Source of the DNA: Terriglobia bacterium
GTDB taxonomy: Bacteria > Acidobacteriota > Terriglobia > 2-12-FULL-54-10
DNA length: 64,000 nucleotides
NCBI GenBank assembly: GCA_963666975.2
Contig: CAXVYR010000004.1
Span: forward strand, 384,001-448,000
Direction of reading: 5' to 3'
Positions 1 through 10,465 of the stretch are shown here, one piece after another. The position numbers and the translations under genes were made by a program. The stretch's first letter is position 1. Each line of letters starts with the position of its first letter. The notes under the pieces are model-generated. The model saw only the letters and a list, made by a program, of their open reading frames with translations. It ran no database searches and was not told the DNA's origin.

Positions 1-942
1 GAACCCGAGATCAAAGCCGTTCCCGCTCGATGTGAGCTGCTGCACGGCTTGCAGGCCGAGGTAGGCGGTGGCGATGGGAATGAGGATGGCGCTGCCCAAA
101 ACGATTTCAATGCACTCGTTGGTCCACCCGGCGGCCATGGCGTTCACCGCGATATCATCCTTCTGCCGGAGGTAGGCCGCGTAGCAGTGGATCGAACCCA
201 TGCCGACCGACAAGGTAAAAAATACTTGCCCGGCGGCGGCGAGCCAGGTCTTGGGGTTGGCCAAGCCCCCCAGGTTCGGATCCCAGACGAAGTTCAGGCC
301 CGCCAGAGGGCTCTGCACGATGCCCGCGCCGTCTGCGGAAAGCGTGAGCCCGCGGATCGCCAGAACGACGCCGAATAAAACGAGCAGTGGCACGCCGATC
401 TTGGCGGCCATCTCGATGCCCCTGACCAAGCCGCGCGACAGAATGTAGATGTTCAGCCCGAGCGTCAAAAGGAACCAGAGCAGGGCTTCTCCAGGAAAGT
501 AATAGATCGACTGGCTGTCAGCGCCGACAAACTGGTTGAAGAACTCAGTCGGGGCGATCTTCTGAAAGGTTCCGACGATGGAGTGGAAAACATAAGCAAG
601 CGCCCACGACTCGATATACACGTAATAGGATGCGATACAGAGGGTGGTGAACAGACCGAAAACCCCGACGTATTTCAGCCAGCCGTAGGGCCCGAGCTTG
701 TCGAACATACCGGGGGCGGAATGGTGCCCAAACTGCCCGCCGTGGCGGCCGATGGCCCACTCCACCCAGAGAAGAGGGATACCCATCAGCAAAAACGCAG
801 CGAGGTACGGAAGCAGGAACGCCCCGCCGCCGTTCTGCGCGGCCTGCGCGGGAAAGCGCAGAAAATTGCCGAGCCCGACGGCGTTGCCGGCCACCGCCAG
901 CACCAAACCCACACGAGTGCCCCATCTTTCTTCTTGTGCCAT
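1..942 (-). CDS. Sodium-dependent transporter, NSS/SNF (LeuT-like) family; partial, runs off window start
   Basis: Absent from the ORF track; translated by hand from ATG 942: MAQEERWGTRVGLVLAVAGNAVGLGNFLRFPAQAAQNGGGAFLLPY, which matches the LeuT TM1 signature; also contains AAGQVFFTLSVGMG. Confidence 0.93.
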   Translation of the reverse strand, partial: MAQEERWGTRVGLVLAVAGNAVGLGNFLRFPAQAAQNGGGAFLLPYLAAFLLMGIPLLWVEWAIGRHGGQFGHHSAPGMFDKLGPYGWLKYVGVFGLFTTLCIASYYVYIESWALAYVFHSIVGTFQKIAPTEFFNQFVGADSQSIYYFPGEALLWFLLTLGLNIYILSRGLVRGIEMAAKIGVPLLVLFGVVLAIRGLTLSADGAGIVQSPLAGLNFVWDPNLGGLANPKTWLAAAGQVFFTLSVGMGSIHCYAAYLRQKDDIAVNAMAAGWTNECIEIVLGSAILIPIATAYLGLQAVQQLTSSGNGFDLGF

Positions 943-1027
943 CTATGGTCTCCGATTTGTCGTCAGATCACGGGAGCAATGTTATGGAACAGGACCGCCG
1001 ATTTAGGATTCACCACCCAAGCGCCGA

Positions 1028-2518
1028 TTAGTGATCAATCTGGGCCCGTTGCAGCTTCCCGCTGAAATCCACATAAATAGATTTCCACTCCGAAAAGGTG
1101 TCGAGCGACGCCACCCCTGCCTCCCGGTGTCCGTTGCCTGTCCGGTTGGTACCTCCAAAAGGCAGGTGAATCTCGGCGCCGATGGTGGAAGAGTTGACAT
1201 AGAAAACGCCGGTGTACATGTCTCGCATTGCCACGAACGCCCGGTTCACATCCCGAGTATAGATCGCAGAGGACAACCCATAGGAAACGCCGTTGCCAAT
1301 TTCGATGGCCGACTCCAGCCCGTCACAAGGGATGACCGAAACGACGGGACCGAAAATCTCTTCCTGGGCGATTCTCATTTGCGGAGTGACATCCGCAAAC
1401 ACCGTGGGTTCATAAAAGAATCCGGAGGCGCAGTCTCCATCCTGGAGCGGACGGCCGCCGCACAGCAGGCGCGCCCCCTCGTTGAGGCCGACCTGCACGT
1501 ACTCCTGGACGATCCCGAGCTGGTCCTGGTTGATCAGCGGGCCCATTTGAACATTGGGATCCAGACCGTTGCCCACCTGGAGCGCCTGTGCGCGGTCCAC
1601 CAGGCGTTCCAGGAACTCCCGGTAAACCTTTTTGTGAACCGCGACGCGGCTGGCCGCCGTGCAGCGCTGCCCGGTGGTCCCGAACGCGCCCCAAACGGCG
1701 CCATCCACCGCCAAGTCCAGATCGGCGTCCTCCATCACCAGAATGATATTCTTCCCGCCCATTTCAAGGTGGCAGTGTTTGAAACTTGCCGCGCATACTT
1801 CCGACACCCGCCGCCCCACCGCCGTCGAGCCGGTGAAAGAAACCATCCGAACAGGCGGTTGCGCCAGCAGGGCTTCTCCCGCTTCCTCTCCGAATCCTGT
1901 CACCAAGTTGACTACTCCGCGCGGAAGACCCGCTTCCGCCAAAATCTTCACCAAGTGATAACACGACAAGGGGGTATCCTCAGCAGGCTTGATGACCACC
2001 GTGTTGCCGCAAACCAGTGCCGGCAAAATCTTCCAACAAGGAATGGCTACCGGAAAATTCCATGGAGTGATCAGAGCGCAGACACCCAAGGGCATGCGCA
2101 CGCTCATGGCGAATTTGTCGGGCAACTCGGAGGGCGTGGTCTGTCCATAAAGACGGCGGCCTTCGCCCGCCATATAATAAGCCATGTCGATGCCTTCTTG
2201 AACGTCACCGCGGGCTTCCAGCAGGACCTTCCCCATCTCACGCGTCATGTCCTGAGCCAGAGCTTCCTTGCGCTCCTGAAGCACCTGCGCCGCCCTGTAC
2301 AGGATTTCCGCACGGCGTGGAGCGGGCACCAGCCGCCACTTGGGAAATGCTTCCGCAGCAGCTTCTGCGGCCTGGGCAACATCCTGGGCATCCGACTGCT
2401 GAAAAATACCGACGACTTCGCTCGTGGCAGCAGGATTCAGATTTTCAAACACCTTTCCAGAGTGAGATTCCACCCACTCCCCGTTGACGAAATTCTTGTA
2501 GGTTTTGGGCACGTGCAT
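1028..2518 (-). CDS. NAD(P)-dependent aldehyde dehydrogenase
   Basis: [29 protein letters not shown] and EEIFGPV motifs. Confidence 0.95.
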   Translation of the reverse strand: MHVPKTYKNFVNGEWVESHSGKVFENLNPAATSEVVGIFQQSDAQDVAQAAEAAAEAFPKWRLVPAPRRAEILYRAAQVLQERKEALAQDMTREMGKVLLEARGDVQEGIDMAYYMAGEGRRLYGQTTPSELPDKFAMSVRMPLGVCALITPWNFPVAIPCWKILPALVCGNTVVIKPAEDTPLSCYHLVKILAEAGLPRGVVNLVTGFGEEAGEALLAQPPVRMVSFTGSTAVGRRVSEVCAASFKHCHLEMGGKNIILVMEDADLDLAVDGAVWGAFGTTGQRCTAASRVAVHKKVYREFLERLVDRAQALQVGNGLDPNVQMGPLINQDQLGIVQEYVQVGLNEGARLLCGGRPLQDGDCASGFFYEPTVFADVTPQMRIAQEEIFGPVVSVIPCDGLESAIEIGNGVSYGLSSAIYTRDVNRAFVAMRDMYTGVFYVNSSTIGAEIHLPFGGTNRTGNGHREAGVASLDTFSEWKSIYVDFSGKLQRAQIDH

Positions 2519-2730
2519 AGACTTCTCCCTGCCGACGTCTCAGCTTCAAAAAACAATTTGAATGCGGGGAAATCCTAACTCAATTTGGGCCGGGTTGGAA
2601 AGGGAAGAAAGGGGGTATGGAAGGATAAGGAAGAATGTTGTGACGGCAACAACCCTTCCCTCTACCCCCGAAACATTGAAAGGCTAAAGCTGAAAATCAA
2701 AAGCCGCACTAAAGGCCGGGAACAGCACCC

Positions 2731-4296
2731 CTACGGCAGGGTGTCCGCCAAGTACATCGTCTCGACCCGGCCTCGCCGGTTGCGCTGCACCAGAAACACC
2801 ACATCGGAGCCGGAATGCAAGTCCCGTTGAATCCGCACAACGTCATCCACTCCGTCAACCCGCTGCTGATTGATCTCCAAGATCACATCGCCCCGCTGCA
2901 ACCCAATCTCATTGGCGAAGCTGTCGGTGTCCACAGCCGTAACCAAAACCCCTCTGGTCTCCTCTAATCCCAGCTGGTTGGCGATCTCCGGGCTTACATT
3001 CTGGATCGAGATTCCGAATTTGGCCTCCGTGTCTTCTCTTTCGGAAGGTCCGTAGCCTTCTTCGGTGCCTAAGATGTCCGCGAAAACCTTGGAGCGGTCC
3101 CCAATGACCAGTTCGGTCTCCTGCTCCTCCCGGTTCCGTACGAACCGAATGGTCACGGATTCCCCGACGGGAGTTCCGGCGACCTTCGCGATCAGATCGT
3201 CCCCATTCTGGATCTGGTCGCCGTTGATGGTCAGGATTACATCCCCTTGTTTGAGGCCGGCTTTTTCGGCGGGGCCGCCCGGCTGAATTCCGGTGATGAC
3301 CACGCCATGGCTGGCGCCGAAACTTCTCAAAAGCACGGGGCTCTGTTCGGTTTGCTGGAAGGTCACGCCAATCGACCCGCGGGTTACCTTGCCGCTCTTT
3401 ACGATCTGATTATAAACACTGGCCGCCATATTGGAGGGCAGCGCGAATCCGACCCCTGCATAGCTGCCGGTGCCGGTGGCAATGGCGGTGTTGATCCCAA
3501 TCACCTCGCCCGCCATATTCACCAGAGGGCCGCCGCTGTTGCCCGGATTGATTGCCGCGTCCGTCTGGATAAAGCGCTGGAAGGAAGATCCCAGGTCCCT
3601 GCCCTTGGCGCTGATGATTCCCGCCGTCACCGTCTCTTCCAGACCGAACGGGCTGCCCACGGCCAGAACCCAATCTCCCACACTCAGGCCTTCCGAGTTG
3701 CCCATCTTCGCATGGGGCAATGGATGGTCGGCCTCGATCTGGATCACGGCGAGGTCAGTCTCCGAGTCGCTGCCAATCACCTTGGCATCATAGAGTTCCT
3801 CATCGCCCAGTATTTTTACTTTAATCTTGTCGGCCCTGCTCACAACGTGATTATTGGTAAGGATATAACCCTTCGGATCGATGATCACTCCGGAGCCAAG
3901 GCTTCTTTGCCGGAACTCCCGCTGGGGCTCGCCCTGCGGTCCGAAATCGAAGAACCGCCGGAAAAAGTCTCCAAATGGGTCTTGCTGTCCCTGGGGATTC
4001 CGGGGATTGCGTCTCAATCGCGACCGCGACTGCACGGTGGATTCCGTGTTGATGTTCACCACGGCGGGAGCAACCTCTTTGGAAATCTTGTTAAAAATGG
4101 AGGAAAGCTGGACGGGCGAAGGAAGCTCCACCTGCTGCGCATCGGAGACCTGGATCTGCTGGCGCGCCGCACGGACCCCGCGAGAGATCAACGTGCCGAT
4201 CAGGATGCCGACCGTCAGCGTAAACAAAACAGCAAGGGTCGAGACCACCTTGCGTTCCTTGATGATTTGCACGAAGTGATTCCAATTACTCATCAA
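2731..4296 (-). CDS. degP: DegP/HtrA (Do) family serine endopeptidase with two PDZ domains
   Basis: N-terminal TM anchor, LTNNHVV, TDLAV, TDAAINPGNSGGPL, two C-terminal PDZ repeats. Confidence 0.93.
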   Translation of the reverse strand: MMSNWNHFVQIIKERKVVSTLAVLFTLTVGILIGTLISRGVRAARQQIQVSDAQQVELPSPVQLSSIFNKISKEVAPAVVNINTESTVQSRSRLRRNPRNPQGQQDPFGDFFRRFFDFGPQGEPQREFRQRSLGSGVIIDPKGYILTNNHVVSRADKIKVKILGDEELYDAKVIGSDSETDLAVIQIEADHPLPHAKMGNSEGLSVGDWVLAVGSPFGLEETVTAGIISAKGRDLGSSFQRFIQTDAAINPGNSGGPLVNMAGEVIGINTAIATGTGSYAGVGFALPSNMAASVYNQIVKSGKVTRGSIGVTFQQTEQSPVLLRSFGASHGVVITGIQPGGPAEKAGLKQGDVILTINGDQIQNGDDLIAKVAGTPVGESVTIRFVRNREEQETELVIGDRSKVFADILGTEEGYGPSEREDTEAKFGISIQNVSPEIANQLGLEETRGVLVTAVDTDSFANEIGLQRGDVILEINQQRVDGVDDVVRIQRDLHSGSDVVFLVQRNRRGRVETMYLADTLP

Positions 4297-4600
4297 TCTA
4301 TTTCCTCCAATCTTCTAGGGAGGTTTCTCTCCCGCAAGCAGCTTTCCGGATTTCCTGCGATTTTAGCATGGAAACGAAACCAGAACTACAGACTACATTT
4401 GACACTGTCAAAAATATAGATGCATAAGGTGCCGTAAAGGTTTCCCCGCAGCGGACAATGGGAACAGACCGGGCCGGGCAGCTTCGTTCACGGTATCCGG
4501 CTTCTCCGGACTTCCGGCGACCTGGACTTACCGCAGCAGTCCATTGAAAACCTTGACCTTCCGTAACTACACCAGTATGATGAAATCTCTTGGTGTTTCT

Positions 4601-4846
4601 ATGGGCAGTATAGGTTTTCCGGAGATGATTGTCATTTTTTTGGTTGCCCTCTTGGTGTTCGGGCCCAAACGTCTGCCGGATTTGGGCCGTTCCATTGGCC
4701 GAGGATTGTCGGAATTTCGGCGGGCTTCCAACGATCTCAAAGGCTCGATCGAACGCGAAATCGAAACCCTGGACCATGAAGTCTCTTCGGCCAACATACC
4801 GAAGACACCAGACGCGGGTGCAGATACCAATGCCCCCAAGTTCTGA
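4601..4846 (+). CDS. tatA: Twin-arginine translocase TatA/TatB subunit
   Basis: MGSIGFPEMIVIFLVALLVFGPKRLPDLGRSIGRGLSEFRRA; start moved to ATG 4601; directly upstream of tatC. Confidence 0.9.
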   Translation: MGSIGFPEMIVIFLVALLVFGPKRLPDLGRSIGRGLSEFRRASNDLKGSIEREIETLDHEVSSANIPKTPDAGADTNAPKF

Positions 4847-5819
4847 TCCGGAACAGCCCGACATGGCTGCCGGCGGCTCCCCCGCCCCAGAACCTGTTTC
4901 CGATCAAAACACATCCGACCCCGATCCCTCCCCAAGCATAAGGGACGCATCCTCTTCGGGCCTGGCCGTGGAAGAGGAAGATATCTACGACTACGACTAT
5001 GGAGGAAAACCTCCCTCTCCACCCCCTGGAGGAGAATCGGGAAACGGCGGCAACGAACCTCCGGAAAATGAACCTCCGGATATGGGCAAGATGTCCTTTT
5101 TGGACCACCTGGAGGAGTTGCGGCGGCGCATCTTTCACTCTCTTTTCGGCATTCTCGGCGGCTTCCTTGTCTGCTGGACCTTTTCGGATCAGTTATACGC
5201 CGGGCTTGCACTTCCGCTCACGCGGATTCTTCAGGAACTGAACCTGCCGGACAAGCTTGTCTATACGAATCCAACCGCACCGTTCAACCTATATATCAAG
5301 CTGGCCTTCCTGGCCGGCATTTTTGTTGCCTCCCCGTTTCTTCTCTATCAGGTATGGAAGTTCATTTCACCGGGGCTGTACCCCAAGGAGAAGCGTTACG
5401 CAATCCCTTTCGTCCTGTTTTGTTCCCTGCTGTTTATTTCGGGCGGCGCCTTTGCTTATATGGTCGCATTTCCGGCGGCGCTTCGTTTTCTGCTGAACTT
5501 CGCGAGCCAATTCCAGCCGTTCATCACCGTCGATGAATATTTCAAGCTTGCCACCACCATTATTCTGGGGATGGCGCTCATCTTTGAGATGCCGATCCTG
5601 ATTGTGTTTTTGACCCTGCTGCGGGTAATGACACCGCAATTCCTGCTGCGGAATTTCCGTTACGCAGTTCTGCTGATCTGTGTCCTGGCAGCCGTCATCA
5701 CGCCCACTCCCGACATTCTCACCATGTCGCTTTTCGCTGCTCCCCTGATCGCTCTCTACTTCCTGGGCATCGGCCTGTCCTATCTGGTTCTCTGGAACCG
5801 AAAACGGAGCGAAGATTAG
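4830..5819 (+). CDS. tatC: Twin-arginine translocase TatC with long acidic/Pro-rich N-terminal extension
   Basis: MSFLDHLEELRRRI, FISPGLYPKE, FEMP, AAVITPTPD; start uncertain, ATG 4830 overlaps the tatA end. Confidence 0.93.
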   Translation: MPPSSDPEQPDMAAGGSPAPEPVSDQNTSDPDPSPSIRDASSSGLAVEEEDIYDYDYGGKPPSPPPGGESGNGGNEPPENEPPDMGKMSFLDHLEELRRRIFHSLFGILGGFLVCWTFSDQLYAGLALPLTRILQELNLPDKLVYTNPTAPFNLYIKLAFLAGIFVASPFLLYQVWKFISPGLYPKEKRYAIPFVLFCSLLFISGGAFAYMVAFPAALRFLLNFASQFQPFITVDEYFKLATTIILGMALIFEMPILIVFLTLLRVMTPQFLLRNFRYAVLLICVLAAVITPTPDILTMSLFAAPLIALYFLGIGLSYLVLWNRKRSED

Positions 5820-5821
5820 CC

Positions 5822-6748
5822 ATGTCCGCACGGCCGGCTCGCATGCGCAAACGCACCCGAACAACACTGGGAATTGCAATCCTTCTGGCAACCGTGCTTT
5901 TAGGCTGGGGGACTCTCTCTCTCAACAGGGCCGGCTTCAACGGGGAAGCCGCCTTGCAGTCAGTGGAAAGGATGGTCGCGTTCGGACCCCGGCCTCCCGG
6001 CTCGGAAGCCCACAGCAAGACACAAAGCTACATTACACAAGAGCTGGAGGCGGCCGGGTTGACCGTCGTGCAAGACCCGTTTACAGCAAACACCCCGGCG
6101 GGTCCAGTCTCCATGAACAATATCATTGGCCGAATTGCCGGCCGCAAAGAGCGTGTTCTTATGCTAGCGGCACACTACGACACAAAGGCGATGAACGATA
6201 CCCGGTTTCTTGGGGCCAACGACGGCGGATCGGGAACCGGACTGCTGTTGTCGCTGGCTCCGATGCTGGCCAAGCTGGACAATGATCACTCCATTTGGCT
6301 GGTGTTCCTGGACGGCGAGGAGGCTTTCGAGGAGTGGAGCGACACCGACTCACTCTACGGAAGCCGGCACTTGGTGGCAAGGCTTGCTCAGTCCGGGCTA
6401 CTTTCGAAGATCGGCGCCTTTGTGCTGGTTGATATGATTGGGGACTCCAGCCTGGACATCCGCCGCGACACCAACTCCACGCCCTGGCTGACGGATCTGG
6501 TCTGGGGCGTCGCCCGCCGCTTGGGCTATTCCCCGAATTTTCTAAACGCCGACATGACTATCCTCGACGACCACCTCCCGTTCGTCCAGGCCGGTGTCCC
6601 GTCAGTGGTTTTGATTGATCTCAATTACGGCTTCGGCAACCGCTTTTGGCACACGCCGCAAGATACCCTGGACAAGCTCAGCGCGGAAAGTTTCTCCAAG
6701 GTGGGCCACGTCCTGCTGGAAGTGGTGGCCGAATTGGACCAGGAATAA
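5822..6748 (+). CDS. M28 family peptidase / glutaminyl cyclase-like, exported
   Basis: AHYDTK, GANDGGSG, FLDGEEA, DMIGD, DDHLPF, WHTPQD; N-terminal hydrophobic signal. Confidence 0.88.
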   Translation: MSARPARMRKRTRTTLGIAILLATVLLGWGTLSLNRAGFNGEAALQSVERMVAFGPRPPGSEAHSKTQSYITQELEAAGLTVVQDPFTANTPAGPVSMNNIIGRIAGRKERVLMLAAHYDTKAMNDTRFLGANDGGSGTGLLLSLAPMLAKLDNDHSIWLVFLDGEEAFEEWSDTDSLYGSRHLVARLAQSGLLSKIGAFVLVDMIGDSSLDIRRDTNSTPWLTDLVWGVARRLGYSPNFLNADMTILDDHLPFVQAGVPSVVLIDLNYGFGNRFWHTPQDTLDKLSAESFSKVGHVLLEVVAELDQE

Positions 6749-6886
6749 GCATTCTGACACGCCAATAGCTTTCCAGGCGCAAACCAAATTTGTAAGAGCC
6801 ACTGCCTTCCTGCCCGGTCCCAGGCATAAGGCGTCCGGCTCGTGAGCAAGTTTGCATGAGGCCTGGAGAATGCGATAATTGCGAGG

Positions 6887-8047
6887 ATGAGAAAAAGAAC
6901 TGGCAGGAGACTTTCGCCTATTCGGGTGCGGGTTCCCGGAACGTCGTATCCAATCTTAATCCGGGAAGGCCTGCTCGCCGAGACTGGCGAGGTTTTGCGA
7001 AAGCTCGTCTCCCAGCGGAAGATTTTTATCCTGGCTGACACCACCGTCTGGCGGTTGTGGGGAAAACAACTTCTCCAATCGTTGGATGCTCCCAAAACTC
7101 CCGTCATCCTGGTTCCGAGCGGAGAGCGCTACAAGCGAATGGCTACGGTGGAAAAGATCGCCCAACAACTCTCCGCCCAGGGCGCCGAGCGTTCCAGTCT
7201 TCTCATTGCATTTGGCGGAGGAGTAACGGGAGATATCGGAGGCTTTGTCGCTTCCATCTTCCTGCGAGGAATCCCATACGTCCATATCCCCACCACGCTG
7301 CTGGCCCAAGTGGACAGCTCCATCGGAGGGAAAACCGGGGTCAACCTGCTGGCCGGGAAAAACCTGGTGGGGACATTCTGCCAGCCTCGGATGGTTCTGA
7401 CCGACCCTCGCCTGTTGCGGACTCTTCCCCGCCGCGAGCTGCGCGCTGGGTTGTTTGAAGCCCTCAAGTGCGCCGTGATCGGCGACCCCAAGCTGTTTGA
7501 ACTCCTCATCGCCAAGCGGTCCCGCATTCTCAGCGGGGAACCTGATGCCCTGCTCCCGGTAATCCGTGCCTGTGTCGCGCTGAAGAGCCGTGTGGTTTCG
7601 CTCGATGAAAAGGAGGGAGACCTGCGGCGCATTCTGAATTTCGGCCACACTATCGGCCACGCCCTGGAAGCGGCCACAGGATATCGCCGGTTCTTGCACG
7701 GAGAAGCGGTTGCCTGGGGAATGCTGGCAGCCACGCAACTGGCTGTCCAGGCCGGTCAACTGGCCAGTTCGCTAGGGGACCGGATTTGCTCGTTCATCGT
7801 TTCCTACGGTCCGGTGCCATCGCTCGGAGGAGTTGACCTTGCCGCCGTCTGCCGCCATCTGAGCGCCGACAAAAAAGTCCGCCGAGGGGTGATCCACTTT
7901 GTACTGCCCCGCCGAATCGGGGCGGTGAGGATCGTCTCCGGGGTCTCAGAGAAGCAGGTCCTGGGTGTATTAAAGAACCTGATCGAGACCGACCCTTTTG
8001 GACGCCCAGCCCGGCGACAGTCTCGGAGCCCCGCAGGCAAGCAGTGA
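6887..8047 (+). CDS. aroB: 3-dehydroquinate synthase
   Basis: GGGVTGD, PTTLLAQVDSSIGGKTGVN, LNFGHTIGHALE, HGEAVAWG. Confidence 0.96.
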   Translation: MRKRTGRRLSPIRVRVPGTSYPILIREGLLAETGEVLRKLVSQRKIFILADTTVWRLWGKQLLQSLDAPKTPVILVPSGERYKRMATVEKIAQQLSAQGAERSSLLIAFGGGVTGDIGGFVASIFLRGIPYVHIPTTLLAQVDSSIGGKTGVNLLAGKNLVGTFCQPRMVLTDPRLLRTLPRRELRAGLFEALKCAVIGDPKLFELLIAKRSRILSGEPDALLPVIRACVALKSRVVSLDEKEGDLRRILNFGHTIGHALEAATGYRRFLHGEAVAWGMLAATQLAVQAGQLASSLGDRICSFIVSYGPVPSLGGVDLAAVCRHLSADKKVRRGVIHFVLPRRIGAVRIVSGVSEKQVLGVLKNLIETDPFGRPARRQSRSPAGKQ

Positions 8048-8820
8048 AAAACACTCCCCGCCAACCCGCGCCGGGCACGCAGCCGCAGGGAACAACGGAT
8101 GAAGCCTCAGCTTCCCGGTACGTCCGCAGGCTGTTCTCCGACATCGCGCCCCGCTACGATCTGCTGAACCATCTTCTCTCGTTTCAGGTGGACCGCTATT
8201 GGCGCAGAGTCACTACCCGGCAGTTCCGCCATCTGCTTTCCAATCCCGCCGCCCGCGTGCTGGACCTTTGTTGCGGCACGGCAGACCTGAGCATGGCCCT
8301 GGCTCGGCGCGGCAGCGCGCAGGTGATCGCCAGCGACTTCTCCCACCCCATGCTCACGCTCGCTCAGCATAAATTAAACAACAGACAGCACCGTGACGGC
8401 CCGCCGCCCCTGCTGGCGGAGGCCGATGCGCTGCAACTTCCCTTTTCCGATAATTCGTTTGACCTGGTTACCTGTGCCTTCGGGTTTCGCAATCTCGCCA
8501 ACTATGGCGCGGGTTTGAAGGAAATCTGGAGGGTGCTTCGTACCGGAGGAGAGGTTGGCATTCTGGAATTCGCCGAGCCCGCCGGTCCGCTGATGGCTCC
8601 GCTTTACTCATTCTATCTGCACCGCGTCTTGCCGGCTATCGGCGAGCGGGTCTCCGGCGTTCGCGGCTCTTATAGTTACCTTCCCGGGTCCGTCGACCGT
8701 TTTCCCGCCAAAGAGGAATTCACCGAACAGATGCGGGAGATTGGTTGGGGTGGATTACACAGGAGAGAGTTGACCTGGGGAATCGCGGTTCTTTATACGG
8801 GCAAAAAAAACGCCCGCTGA
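8044..8820 (+). CDS. ubiE: UbiE/MenG (demethylmenaquinone) C-methyltransferase
   Basis: FSDIAPRYDLLNHLLS, VLDLCCGTAD, LPFSDNSFD, FGFRN; GTGA overlap with aroB. Confidence 0.92.
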   Translation: MKNTPRQPAPGTQPQGTTDEASASRYVRRLFSDIAPRYDLLNHLLSFQVDRYWRRVTTRQFRHLLSNPAARVLDLCCGTADLSMALARRGSAQVIASDFSHPMLTLAQHKLNNRQHRDGPPPLLAEADALQLPFSDNSFDLVTCAFGFRNLANYGAGLKEIWRVLRTGGEVGILEFAEPAGPLMAPLYSFYLHRVLPAIGERVSGVRGSYSYLPGSVDRFPAKEEFTEQMREIGWGGLHRRELTWGIAVLYTGKKNAR

Positions 8821-8892
8821 GAAATCATGTTCCGAAACCGGAACAGCTTTTCCTGCAGCGGGCTTCCGATCGTTTCCAATAAAGATGGATGA

Positions 8893-9483
8893 TCAACGCG
8901 ACCAGCCGACGGGCAGGCCCTCGCGGCGCAGTTCCTCTTCCAGGGCCGTAATAGCAGCTTTTTTCTGCTCCACGACGGCCCTCTGAGTCTCCATATCTTG
9001 CACCCGCTGGTTGATCTCGCCCCGTTCATGCTGCTCTCGCATGGCCACATTGGGATCGGAATAGTACTGGACCTGCATCAGGTTCAACTCCCGCTGCATG
9101 ACGTCCAGCTTCCGCTCCTCATAGGAGAGTTCCTCCCGCAGTTGCGCAAATTTATCGCGGTATTCTTTGTCCAGTCGGGCTCGCTCTTCTCTCGCCGACT
9201 CGGCCGTCCCGGCTTCTGTCGTATCGGCGGCATCCATTTGCTCTTCGCCCTCCGGCTTCTGCGCTTCAGCGGCGGGGGTGGCAGGCCGGCTGCTGGACGA
9301 CCGGGAAATCTGATCGTTGGTAAACACCTTGACGGCCTTGCCCTGCTGCTCTTTCCGGGCCCTCTGCTGGCGGGCCAGTTCTACAAGCGACTGGCCGTAC
9401 AGCGTCCCATGAAACGCCAATCCCAGGAAGATCACCAGGAAACTCACAAGAAGTGTTTTGACCTGTTTTTTGCTATTTTTCAT
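8893..9483 (-). CDS. Exported coiled-coil hypothetical protein
   Basis: Signal peptide, SLVELARQQR...KVFTND motif, long E/R/Q-rich helical C-terminus. Confidence 0.75.
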   Translation of the reverse strand: MKNSKKQVKTLLVSFLVIFLGLAFHGTLYGQSLVELARQQRARKEQQGKAVKVFTNDQISRSSSSRPATPAAEAQKPEGEEQMDAADTTEAGTAESAREERARLDKEYRDKFAQLREELSYEERKLDVMQRELNLMQVQYYSDPNVAMREQHERGEINQRVQDMETQRAVVEQKKAAITALEEELRREGLPVGWSR

Positions 9484-9640
9484 AGTCTCACCCGATAGTC
9501 ACACCCGGGGGAATGCCCTCCATCCTCTATGAGTGAGTCTACGCCCCCCAGGTTGCCTAAATCAAGCAGATTGGCTGGCTGCACCTTCACCAAATCGACA
9601 CATCCAGGCTACGCCTGGCGCTGCTGCCGGTCCCATGCCG

Positions 9641-10465
9641 TCAGGAAAAAAAGCCCAGGTACCAAAACAATATCTGCTTTCCCCACACCGCCGACACCAG
9701 GGCCGCTATTCCCAAAAAAGTGCCGAAGGGAAGTTCATATGCCGTCCCTTTGCGAAAACCAACAATGAAGATTAGCCCCAAAATCGCCCCGCTCACCGAA
9801 CCTAGCAGGATCGTCAGCATCGCCAGCCTGGGACCCAGAAAAAAGCCCACCATCGCCATCATCTTCACGTCGCCCAGACCCATCCCTTCCTGGTGGCGCA
9901 ACCGGAAGTACACCTCCCCCAGCAGGTAAAGCGATCCGCCGCCCAGCGCAGCCCCCAGCACGGAATCGAGCAAGGAGGCGTGCATCATGCGAATTTGCTC
10001 CATACCGGCCAGCCGCGCCAGAAAAAAGCCGCTGCCGTCGTCCACAGGAACCATCTGGCTGAAGAACAATCCCAAGGCCATGCCCGGAAACGTAATCAGA
10101 TCGGGCAACAGCCGTTCCTGCCAGTCCGTCACCACTAATACAACCAGCAAAACTCCCAGCACCACGTATTTTGCAAGTAACGCAGTCAGCCCGAAAACAG
10201 AGAATAGAAACAGGAACAGCAAACCCGTAGTCAGTTCGACGGAAAAGTAGAGGGGCGAGATGCGGACTCGGCAATAGCGGCATCTGCCTTGCAACAGAAG
10301 GTAACTGAACAGAGGAATGTTGTCATACGCCGCGATGGGATGGTTGCAGGCGGGACAACGGGAACGAGGCGAGACGACCGACTCGCCACGGGGAAGGCGA
10401 TGGATGCAGACATTCAGAAAACTGCCGATAGTCAGCCCGAACAGGAATAGGAACGCTGGAATCAC
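9641..10465 (-). CDS. pilD: Prepilin peptidase (A24) / N-methyltransferase
   Basis: GSFLNVCIHRLP, two CxxC (CPAC, CRYC), GMGLGDVK, LPFGTFL. Confidence 0.93.
   Translation of the reverse strand: MIPAFLFLFGLTIGSFLNVCIHRLPRGESVVSPRSRCPACNHPIAAYDNIPLFSYLLLQGRCRYCRVRISPLYFSVELTTGLLFLFLFSVFGLTALLAKYVVLGVLLVVLVVTDWQERLLPDLITFPGMALGLFFSQMVPVDDGSGFFLARLAGMEQIRMMHASLLDSVLGAALGGGSLYLLGEVYFRLRHQEGMGLGDVKMMAMVGFFLGPRLAMLTILLGSVSGAILGLIFIVGFRKGTAYELPFGTFLGIAALVSAVWGKQILFWYLGFFS

Noticed and set aside
1031-2578. 515-aa plus-strand ORF (also 3247-4419, 26134-27108, 31082-32737, 44378-45424)
   Set aside because: Antisense shadows of well-supported genes; expected from high-GC codon bias and lacking any motif.
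4298-4864. 188-aa minus-strand ORF upstream of degP
   Set aside because: Overlaps tatA antisense and has no recognisable features.
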